From an uncultured virus (IMG/VR IMGVR_UViG_3300024346_006890) (Duplodnaviria > Heunggongvirae > Uroviricota > Caudoviricetes), in IMG/VR virus record IMGVR_UViG_3300024346_006890: a DNA stretch of 20,000 bases. One strand, given 5' to 3'. The notes beneath the pieces are model-generated. The model was given only the letters and a program-made list of their open reading frames with translations, had not been told where the DNA came from and searched no databases. Both the position numbers and the translations under genes were made by a program. Positions 1 through 8,540 of the stretch are shown in pieces. The stretch's first letter is position 1; every line of letters starts with the position of its first letter.

Positions 1-2
1 AA

Positions 3-2267
3 TCAATAACTCTTAGATTGAAAGACATGGGTGTTAAAGCTAGTTTGCATAGCCAAACTGGCACCTGGAGTAGGGCCGACACTATCGATGTTGATCAGAA
101 AAATTGGGGTTTGTATCGAACTACCTTAGTTGACAATGTCCCCGGTTGGGGATCAGAAAGTGGATCTAGTTCTCAAACGTCAACAATTAATGTGACGCCG
201 TCGGGGAAAGATGTTGATATTGTTGTTTTAGATGAAATGCTTTATCCAAGTCATTCCGAATTCGATTCTCGTGTAGTGCAATATGACTGGTTTGCAAATC
301 ATAACATTGCAGTCTGGCCTGAAAACCCAAATACAAATTATCAATACAATTTTTATTCGGGCGGCAACAACCATGCAACACATGTTGCTGGTATTATCGG
401 TGGAAATACACAAGGCTGGGCTAGAGGTGCCAATCTTTATAATTTCAGGCATGATACATCAGATGTAAATGGAGCACCTGGCGATTATACACCATCACAG
501 TATGTCATCGATTATATTAGAGAATGGCATAACAATAAAAACACAAACCCAGAAACTGGTAGCACTAACCCAACCGTTGTTAACTGTAGCTGGGGTTTAG
601 GCATCGGTGTAAATTATACTAATACAATTACCGGTAGTGGTAATAGTAGATTTAGCGAAATATTTTATAGAGGTTCTGTTGTTACTCCAGAAAGTATTGG
701 ACGAACACCTGTAGACACAGGATTCAGTGGCGTTTGTAATGCTACAACACGACTAGCTACTCTTTCAAATTTAGTCAATGGCGGGAACAGACTTACAACT
801 TCAGGTACTGCAACTGGTGCATGTACATCGATTACGTTAAATTTACAAGGCGATGTCGGCATGACAGACTTAGGTGCACCGACATCATCTTCTGTTGACG
901 GAGTTGATGTGTACGACGATGCGTATTGGTCAGTGACTATCCCATTCACAGTAACGTATTGCGGAGGCGACTACACAACTTGCTCCGTTAGTACTAATAG
1001 TTTTGTAATGTTTGGCGGTAGTGCATCTCAAGGATATACATATATTGTTGGAGCAAGTAGTCCGCCTGCTAGAAAAATTACTATATCAGCCGGTGACCGA
1101 AGTTGTCAAAGACTACTGACTAAGACTACAGGAACTACACCTAATAGAGAATTTACTGTTAGATGGGAAGGGCATGATGCTGCAAACGGCGGATTGCTAG
1201 GCAGTCCTACTACAGTCTGGGAAATAACATTTTACGAAAATACACCTACACAAATTGATTTGCATATTGGGAATAATGCATCATTTAGAGGTGAATTTAC
1301 ATTAGCTGACTTAGAAACTTACGGAATTGTACAAACAGGCTTCGATGCTCCATATCGAGATGCTGCGATGGATGCTGATATCACGGATGCTATAAATGAT
1401 GGTATTATTTTCGTTGGTTCAGCTGGCAACGGCGGATTTAAAGTTGATGTAGCAGGTGGCGGCGACTATAATAACTACTTTGTAGATAACGGCGAACCGT
1501 TTTATTATCATAGAGGGGCAACGCCGTCAGCTAGTCACCCTAATGTTATCTGTGTAGGAGCATTCGATAGCTCCAGTCAAGAAAATAAATCAACAGTTAG
1601 TAATACCGGTCCAAGAGTAGATGTATATGCACCGGGCAAGAATATTATATCGTCAGTGTATGATAGTTTAGGACCAAATGGCGGAAACACTTCTGGTGCT
1701 GTCAACGACGGCAGTGCTATACTTAATACATTAACTTCAGTATCGAGAAATGCAGGGAATACTGCTACAATATTTACTAGTTCACCTCATGGATTAACTG
1801 GGGATCCAATTAGTATTTCTTGCAGCGACTCTACCTTCAACGCTACTATGGTCAGTCCAATCATAACTGGATTACAAACTTTTGAATATACTAATGAAGG
1901 TGCCGAATTGGCGGAAGTTGCTGCTACCGGTACTATAACCGTAGGGTATTTTTATCAAAAGTATAACGGAACTAGTATGTCCGCAGCGCAAGTCACTGGC
2001 ATAACTGCCTTAGCATTAGAAACATATCCAAACATGACTTCGTACGATGCGAAAGAATATATAGTCGGCCATGCGCAGTCTAATAAAATGTTTACAACTG
2101 GAGGCGGCCATACTGATTATACATCACTGCAATCTGGAAATAACAAAATTCTTTATTATTACAAAGAGCGAGCAGATGAAGGTTTGGCATTCCCTAAACT
2201 AAATTGGAAGCTTCGACCGACTACAGGATCTGTATATCCAAGAACACGAATTAGAAAAACTCGCTAA
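3..2267 (+). CDS. Subtilisin-like serine protease (peptidase S8) with inserted beta-domains; 5' end truncated by the window edge
   Basis: Triad motifs DVDIVVLD (~210-233), NHATHVAG (~369-392) and NGTSMS (~1965-1982), plus oxyanion-hole GSAGNG. The frame is open from base 3 (SITLRLKDMG), which aligns with an internal part of the paralog (SVELHPSLKG), so the TTG at 18 is probably not the true start. Confidence 0.9.
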   Translation, partial: SITLRLKDMGVKASLHSQTGTWSRADTIDVDQKNWGLYRTTLVDNVPGWGSESGSSSQTSTINVTPSGKDVDIVVLDEMLYPSHSEFDSRVVQYDWFANHNIAVWPENPNTNYQYNFYSGGNNHATHVAGIIGGNTQGWARGANLYNFRHDTSDVNGAPGDYTPSQYVIDYIREWHNNKNTNPETGSTNPTVVNCSWGLGIGVNYTNTITGSGNSRFSEIFYRGSVVTPESIGRTPVDTGFSGVCNATTRLATLSNLVNGGNRLTTSGTATGACTSITLNLQGDVGMTDLGAPTSSSVDGVDVYDDAYWSVTIPFTVTYCGGDYTTCSVSTNSFVMFGGSASQGYTYIVGASSPPARKITISAGDRSCQRLLTKTTGTTPNREFTVRWEGHDAANGGLLGSPTTVWEITFYENTPTQIDLHIGNNASFRGEFTLADLETYGIVQTGFDAPYRDAAMDADITDAINDGIIFVGSAGNGGFKVDVAGGGDYNNYFVDNGEPFYYHRGATPSASHPNVICVGAFDSSSQENKSTVSNTGPRVDVYAPGKNIISSVYDSLGPNGGNTSGAVNDGSAILNTLTSVSRNAGNTATIFTSSPHGLTGDPISISCSDSTFNATMVSPIITGLQTFEYTNEGAELAEVAATGTITVGYFYQKYNGTSMSAAQVTGITALALETYPNMTSYDAKEYIVGHAQSNKMFTTGGGHTDYTSLQSGNNKILYYYKERADEGLAFPKLNWKLRPTTGSVYPRTRIRKTR

Positions 2268-2278
2268 GGAATTAAAAT

Positions 2279-4954
2279 ATGTCAATGATAGACTATGTTA
2301 AAAAGCGAGAATACATTGTAACATTAAAGAACTTCGAAGACTTAGAAGCATTTTACGCTGAGATGCAAGACTTTGGAAAGTTTCCAGGAAGCTGTGCTCC
2401 TGTTCGAGAAGTCGATTGTATCGAGCAACGACCTAGTAGCAGAAGTACACATTATTTGTTAACTGACTGGGAAGCAAGTGAATTAAGAGACGACATTCGA
2501 GTTCAATCAGTTGAGTTACATCCGTCATTAAAAGGTATAACAGCAGGAGAATTTGCAGCTACAAAAACACAAACTTCTAGTAACTGGAATAAATCAACTA
2601 GTACTAGTAGCAATATGTTAAATTTTGCACTGCTTCGTTGTACAGAAGAAGTAAATAGAGCAGGGTGGGGAAGCGACGGAACACCCAATGCTACAGGAAC
2701 TGTAACATTAAGTGCCACTGGTAAAAATGTCGACGTTGTTATAGTTGACGGGGACGGAGTTGCACTAGGACATCCTGAGTATGCAGTAAACGCAGACGGC
2801 ACAGGTGGAACAAGATTTAATGAATATAACTGGTATCAACATAATTTAGCAGTTAAAGGAACAGCTCCCGGAACTTACACATATAGTCCATCAGTATACA
2901 GTAGTCATGCAACGCATACAACAGGAACTACCGCAGGTAATACGCAAGGATGGGCTAGAGATGCTAATCTTTACAATATATATTATCTAGCAGGTGACGG
3001 AGCAGATTACAACTTTCCTTGGGTTATGGACTATGTTAGAGAATTTCATAGAACTAAATCTATTAATCCGGAAACTGGGCGCAAGAATCCTACAATAACA
3101 AACAATAGCTGGGGAATGAGTATATTTCCGGCAGAATGGTCATTTTCCGATATCACAGCAGTAACTTATAGAGGAACTAGGTACACTCCTAGCGCAGGCG
3201 GTGCAACATATACAGGATATAGCGGAGTTTGTACTTCTAATGCTAGATTGGCTACACTTGTTGGTGAAGAAAATATCGGTAACAGAATTTCAACAGACGG
3301 GCCTTACACTCCGCCATCTGGTTCAATTTTATCTAAACCTACTACTTGGATACAAGAGGGACAATCAGCATACCTTGCAGATTTTGCACAACCGGATCCA
3401 AGTTACGAATTAACTATAAGTGGGCCGGCTGATATTAATTTAATTCATAATGTTGCCATGGACGCTGTTAGTGGTGCTATGTCAATCTCCGGACTTATTA
3501 CCGTTAGAGATCAATCATCAAATATTGTTCATACATTCTCCGATGCTGCAAGCAGCACCGATGGCGGAACTATTGAAATAAACGCATCAGCGACTAATAT
3601 TTCTTTACCTAACATTCAAACTTATACTGTAACATTTGATACAACTATAACTTCCGACGGACAAAATATTACCTATGCCACTGGCATGAGCTTAACTGTT
3701 ATAACAGAATCAACACCTGCAACAGCTACGGTAACAGAAATTACAAATTCGCTATTAGGTGCAGCATCATTAACACCGTCTACTACGCCAACTTCAGGAA
3801 ATAATGATGATGGTTTTTGGGAATTAACGCTACCTTTTAATATTTCATATCTCGGAAACAGTTATAATACAATTTATGTTGGTACTAATTCATATCTTAC
3901 ATTTACAGCAGGATCTGTTGCTTACTCAAGCCTCGGAGCAGCGAATCCTAATTTACCAAAAATAATGTGGAGTTCTGCAGATAACAGTGTTCAGCGTATA
4001 TATTATGGGGTAGAAGGTACTGCTCCAAATAGAGTTTACAGAATAAGAGTAGAAGGCAACGGTGGTGTTAGCGGTACATTAGGATCTCCTAATATGGTGT
4101 CTGAGTACGTTTTCTATGAGGATACTCCTAATCAGATAGATTTACAACTAGGTGCAAATAATAGAAAAACAACATCTAGCGGATTTACTTCAGGACAATT
4201 AAATTCCTGGGGATTTATTTCTGGACAACGTATACCTGCCAGAGTCGCTGCACTAGATGCCGATGTCGAAGATGCTATGGCAGAAGGTATTATCTACGTA
4301 GGAGCAGCTGGTAACGGATTATGGAAACACGATGTGCCGGGCGGTCTTGACTGGAATAATACTTTTGAGATGGGTACTAGATACCCAGGGCAAGTTTATT
4401 ATTACATGAGAGGTTCCAGTCCAACTGCAAATGATACAACTAGTCACCCTGACGGCACTTACGAATTACCAAATATTTGTGTAGGTGCAACAGATTTACA
4501 AACAATCGATCAAAAATCTTACTATAGCGATTGTGGCCCAGGTGTTGATATTTGGGCTCCAGGAACTGGTATATTGAGTGCATATAACTCCGGTGTTTCT
4601 GATCCTAGAAGTACTGGGACGACATATTATCTAGGAAAAATAAACGGAACTAGTATGGCTAGTCCTCAAGTCTGCGGAGTTCTTGCGTGTGCATTAGAAT
4701 TAAATCCTCATTGGAATCAGGTGCAGGCAAAAGCATTTATTACGGGTGTTGCTAAATCGAATCAGGTAATATCTACATCTGGCGGGCCGGCTGATATTAG
4801 AGATACTCAAAATGCTGCTGACAAATTCTTGTTTTACAGGAACGATCGTCCTAGTAGCGGTCAAACTTTACCAAAAAACACACAAGGTGTGCGCCCCAAC
4901 AATGGTTTAGCATGGCCGCGTCCTAAAATTTATAGATACGGTAGTTCATACTAA
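2279..4954 (+). CDS. Subtilisin-like serine protease (peptidase S8), paralog of the upstream gene, with an N-terminal propeptide-like region
   Basis: NVDVVIVDGDG, SHATHTTGT, AAGNG and NGTSMASPQV motifs. The N-terminus EYIVTLK resembles I9-type propeptides. AAGGA RBS just upstream of the ATG. Confidence 0.92.
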   Translation: MSMIDYVKKREYIVTLKNFEDLEAFYAEMQDFGKFPGSCAPVREVDCIEQRPSSRSTHYLLTDWEASELRDDIRVQSVELHPSLKGITAGEFAATKTQTSSNWNKSTSTSSNMLNFALLRCTEEVNRAGWGSDGTPNATGTVTLSATGKNVDVVIVDGDGVALGHPEYAVNADGTGGTRFNEYNWYQHNLAVKGTAPGTYTYSPSVYSSHATHTTGTTAGNTQGWARDANLYNIYYLAGDGADYNFPWVMDYVREFHRTKSINPETGRKNPTITNNSWGMSIFPAEWSFSDITAVTYRGTRYTPSAGGATYTGYSGVCTSNARLATLVGEENIGNRISTDGPYTPPSGSILSKPTTWIQEGQSAYLADFAQPDPSYELTISGPADINLIHNVAMDAVSGAMSISGLITVRDQSSNIVHTFSDAASSTDGGTIEINASATNISLPNIQTYTVTFDTTITSDGQNITYATGMSLTVITESTPATATVTEITNSLLGAASLTPSTTPTSGNNDDGFWELTLPFNISYLGNSYNTIYVGTNSYLTFTAGSVAYSSLGAANPNLPKIMWSSADNSVQRIYYGVEGTAPNRVYRIRVEGNGGVSGTLGSPNMVSEYVFYEDTPNQIDLQLGANNRKTTSSGFTSGQLNSWGFISGQRIPARVAALDADVEDAMAEGIIYVGAAGNGLWKHDVPGGLDWNNTFEMGTRYPGQVYYYMRGSSPTANDTTSHPDGTYELPNICVGATDLQTIDQKSYYSDCGPGVDIWAPGTGILSAYNSGVSDPRSTGTTYYLGKINGTSMASPQVCGVLACALELNPHWNQVQAKAFITGVAKSNQVISTSGGPADIRDTQNAADKFLFYRNDRPSSGQTLPKNTQGVRPNNGLAWPRPKIYRYGSSY

Positions 4955-4974
4955 ACTGCTCTCTCGTTTTTGGG

Positions 4975-4980
4975 TAAATA
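4975..4980 (+). promoter_or_regulatory. TAAATA motif, candidate phage late promoter
   Basis: Intergenic TAAATA 17 nt before the ATG at 4998. It resembles the core of the T4 late promoter TATAAATA, and the same motif recurs before other genes. Confidence 0.5.
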
Positions 4981-4997
4981 CATAAACCGGAGCTAAA

Positions 4998-7900
4998 ATG
5001 GCGCTATCTGTATGGACACAATTATCGGGATATAGTTTTGGGACTATAAATGAAAGACAAACTGTTAATATCCCACTTCCCGTTCTGTTTACCGCTAATG
5101 TAACATTTAAAGTTATTAGTGGTAAATTACCACCAGGTTTACGAATTGTAAATAGCAATATTGTCGGTACGCCTTACGAAGTTCCAAGAACTACAGATTT
5201 TAAATTTGTAATACGTGCCAGTAATACAGACGGAATTTCTGATAGAACTTTCTATTTCACAGTAGAAGGCGCCGACGAACCAAATTGGGTCACTCCTACC
5301 GGGCCGTTGCCTGTAGGAAGCAACGATGCATATTATATTTTAGATAGCAGTTATATAGATTTTCAACTAATAGTTAGTGATACAGATACTGCTACTGGAC
5401 AAAAACTTCACTTTTTTATTGCCAGCGACGAAGGCGAACTTCCTCCCGGACTTGTATTAACTACAGAAGGGCGTATTACTGGATTTGTACAACCGTTATT
5501 AGCTGTTCCACTAGCTGCTGGTAGCGGATCGTACGACGAGGGATTGTATGATCAAGTAGCATATGATTTTGGTTATCGACCAAGCAACGGATACGACACT
5601 TACGTATTTGATTTAACAGTATTCGACTTTAGCGTCCCAACCGGTCGACCTAGAAAACTTAATAGAAATTACGAATTCTTAGTAACTGTAACAGACGGTG
5701 ATACTATTGCTAAAAGAAAATTTAGAATATTTGTAGTCGGCGACGATTTCTTTAGAGCAGATAATATTGTTGAGCAAGCAGGAACTGGAGTATACACTGC
5801 TGACATAACTTACGTTAGGGCTCCGATATTTACTACGCCGAACTATTTAGGTTTACGTAGAGCAAACAATTACCAGACGTTTATGATTGAAACATATGAT
5901 GGGTTTACTGATCTAGGACCTATCACGTATCAGTTGTCTGATGTGAATTCTTTAATTAGCGGTATTTGTATTCGAGAATTGCCCACTGATAATATTGTAG
6001 GATCGTTGTTTATAAGATTAGAAAGATCGAGCGATGTGCCACAAGTAGGATACAAGATTAGTTTTAATGGTGAGTTTGACGGTGCTACAGGCGCAATCTA
6101 TGAAATTATAGATGTAGATGTGTTAGGTGGGGATATCTATAGACTCACTTTAGACACTGGGTTAGAAATGACTATTCCTAATAGTACTGGAATATACATG
6201 GGCACAATGTCTGAACTACCACCAAGGATGGAATTTGATTTTACTACTGGAGAAGTATTCGGTGTTGTTCCTTACCAACCAGCAATTACGCAAACTTACC
6301 AGTTTACAATTAAGGCATATCGATTTGGACAAGGCTCTGAAAAAGCAGTTAGTAGACGTGTGTTTACTGTTGACATATTAGGAGAAGTAGAAAGTGTAAT
6401 GAGTTGGATTAGTCCAACAGATTTAGGAACTATAGACTCTGGCTACGTAAGCACACTAGCAATAAAGGCAGCTTCTACATTATCAACTAGTGCAATTCTA
6501 TACACACTAGAAAGTGGCAGACTTCCTTTAGGATTAACTCTAAACTTAGATGGCGAAGTTACTGGAAAGGTTAATCAGTTATCTAGCTTGTTCCGATATA
6601 AAAGTTATTGGAAAAGCTCAACCTCGTACAACCCGCGAGATATTGTAAAAATAAACAACATACGAGGTATTAAGAGTGTAACTAGAAGAAAAAATATAGC
6701 TAGTGTTGTAACCAGCGTTGATCACGATTTCTTAACGGGCGACTTAGTTGAAATTGTGTCAGATGATTTAGGATTTAATTACTACAATGCAGTTGAGGTA
6801 GATATTTCTCCTATACAATTAGAATCATTTACTAGTATTACAGGATCCGGGCCTTATAGAATAACATTTGCAATACCTACTCAGAAAATTGCTCCATTGG
6901 CTCCTGTAGTTACATTAATAAGCGGAACAGCAATTTCAACTGCACCTGCTGTTTATAATAATGTTTCTGCATCAAGCTCAACAGGTTTGGGTACCGGTGC
7001 ACGATTTAGAGTTGAAAAAGGAAACAACGGAATTTTAGGCACACCGACATATGTTGGAGTGACAACAATATCATTGCTAGATCCCGGAACTGGGTATCTC
7101 CCAGGCGATAGGATAACTATTTCTGGTGCTGATCTCGGAGGGACTAACGGAACACACGATTTAACATTTACAACATCCACCGGTCTTGAATTTTATTACA
7201 GGATCAACGGAAACAGTAATACTAATTTCAATGGAAGATTCTTTGCAACATCTTCAACATCGAGTAGTATAACATTAAACTTCGAAGAAGATCCGGGAAC
7301 TTGGGGTTCAGGCACTATTAGTGTTACAACTGGTCCTGGCACCTATGAAGGACAAACTTTAATAATACCAGTAAACTACTTTAACTATCCAAATAAAGGC
7401 AAATCGTTATCGATGAAGGTAGCTAGCGGTACTACTTACAATGCTCCAATATATTACAAGGCAAATACTGCACACACTTCAGGATTAACATTTAACGCCG
7501 TTTACTGGGATCTATATCGGTTCCCTGAAGAAGATTTGTCATTAACTACTTTTGATCAGGGAAGTTTAACAATTGACGGTAACGAAACTTCGTTAGATAG
7601 AAAATACACGTTTACAGTACATGCTAGAGATCAATTAGGTTATAGTGCTGTTACTAAAACATTTACCTTAACTGTTAATACACCTAACGATACTTACTAC
7701 AGTAATATTAGTACTCGTCCATTTTTAAAACTTGAACAACGAGATATGTTCAAGGAATTTATAAATGACCCTTCTGTGTTTAATCCATCATTAATTTACA
7801 GGCCAACAGATACATACTTTGGGATACAACGAGATTTAAGGATGTTAGTGTTTGCAGGAATAGAAACTAAGTCTGCCGCAGAGTATGTAAGTGCGATGGG

Positions 7901-8540
7901 TAGAAATCACAGGACTAAGAGATTTAAATTTGGCGAAGTTAAGAAAGCAGTTGCTAAAACTCCAGGTACTAACGATGTAATTTACGAAGTGATATACTTA
8001 GAAATGTTAGACCCTCTAGAAAAAGATGGTAAACATTTACCGCTATCGCTTAAATTAAATTCGTCTAATGTGCAAATAAAAGTAGACCAAACTGGAGAAT
8101 TTTATAAAGGACCATTTGATACAGTTAACCCATACTGGAAACGTCCAATACCTTTATATGCGACAATAGACAGGAATGACATTTTTGCTGGCGACTCTGG
8201 TTCAAGAATTAAATTGCCATCGAGCATTAGTTTATGGCGGTATCGAATTAAAAATATGACTAACACCCAAAGTGAAAGAAACTACTTACCGCTTTGGATG
8301 CGTAGTATTCAACCGGAACAAACCCAAGAAATCAACTTTGTTCCAGCAGTACCATTATGTTACTGCAAACCAGGTGGAGCAGATGAGATTATACTGAATA
8401 TAAAAAATTATATTAAAAATAACCCATTTAACTTCAATTTATTAGATTATACCGTTGACAGATATATAATAGATTCTGTCGAGGGTGAGTACACAGATAA
8501 ATATCTTGTATTTAGAAACGATAGGACTACAATAACATGA
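4998..8540 (+). CDS. Large virion structural protein (baseplate/tail-associated candidate) with putative Ig (He_PIG-like) repeats
   Basis: 1180 aa with four SGxLPxGLxL...G-type repeats (SGKLPPGLRI, EGELPPGLVL, SELPPRMEF, SGRLPLGLTL), each followed by FxFxIxA-type strands. Beta-rich Thr/Gly centre and GGAG RBS. Confidence 0.7.
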   Translation: MALSVWTQLSGYSFGTINERQTVNIPLPVLFTANVTFKVISGKLPPGLRIVNSNIVGTPYEVPRTTDFKFVIRASNTDGISDRTFYFTVEGADEPNWVTPTGPLPVGSNDAYYILDSSYIDFQLIVSDTDTATGQKLHFFIASDEGELPPGLVLTTEGRITGFVQPLLAVPLAAGSGSYDEGLYDQVAYDFGYRPSNGYDTYVFDLTVFDFSVPTGRPRKLNRNYEFLVTVTDGDTIAKRKFRIFVVGDDFFRADNIVEQAGTGVYTADITYVRAPIFTTPNYLGLRRANNYQTFMIETYDGFTDLGPITYQLSDVNSLISGICIRELPTDNIVGSLFIRLERSSDVPQVGYKISFNGEFDGATGAIYEIIDVDVLGGDIYRLTLDTGLEMTIPNSTGIYMGTMSELPPRMEFDFTTGEVFGVVPYQPAITQTYQFTIKAYRFGQGSEKAVSRRVFTVDILGEVESVMSWISPTDLGTIDSGYVSTLAIKAASTLSTSAILYTLESGRLPLGLTLNLDGEVTGKVNQLSSLFRYKSYWKSSTSYNPRDIVKINNIRGIKSVTRRKNIASVVTSVDHDFLTGDLVEIVSDDLGFNYYNAVEVDISPIQLESFTSITGSGPYRITFAIPTQKIAPLAPVVTLISGTAISTAPAVYNNVSASSSTGLGTGARFRVEKGNNGILGTPTYVGVTTISLLDPGTGYLPGDRITISGADLGGTNGTHDLTFTTSTGLEFYYRINGNSNTNFNGRFFATSSTSSSITLNFEEDPGTWGSGTISVTTGPGTYEGQTLIIPVNYFNYPNKGKSLSMKVASGTTYNAPIYYKANTAHTSGLTFNAVYWDLYRFPEEDLSLTTFDQGSLTIDGNETSLDRKYTFTVHARDQLGYSAVTKTFTLTVNTPNDTYYSNISTRPFLKLEQRDMFKEFINDPSVFNPSLIYRPTDTYFGIQRDLRMLVFAGIETKSAAEYVSAMGRNHRTKRFKFGEVKKAVAKTPGTNDVIYEVIYLEMLDPLEKDGKHLPLSLKLNSSNVQIKVDQTGEFYKGPFDTVNPYWKRPIPLYATIDRNDIFAGDSGSRIKLPSSISLWRYRIKNMTNTQSERNYLPLWMRSIQPEQTQEINFVPAVPLCYCKPGGADEIILNIKNYIKNNPFNFNLLDYTVDRYIIDSVEGEYTDKYLVFRNDRTTIT
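8498..8503 (+). promoter_or_regulatory. TAAATA motif, candidate late promoter for the 8537 gene
   Basis: GATAAATA inside the 3' end of the upstream gene, 33 nt before the ATG at 8537, followed by an AGGA RBS. Confidence 0.4.

Noticed and set aside
1965..4657. Identical 15-mer AACGGAACTAGTATG in both protease genes as a DNA repeat or DGR template/variable pair
   Set aside because: It encodes the conserved NGTSM catalytic motif of paralogs. There is no long near-identical repeat, no adenine-specific mismatch pattern and no reverse transcriptase in the window.
8455..8470. TTGACA followed by TATAAT inside the 4998 gene
   Set aside because: The spacer is only 4 nt, incompatible with a sigma70 promoter.
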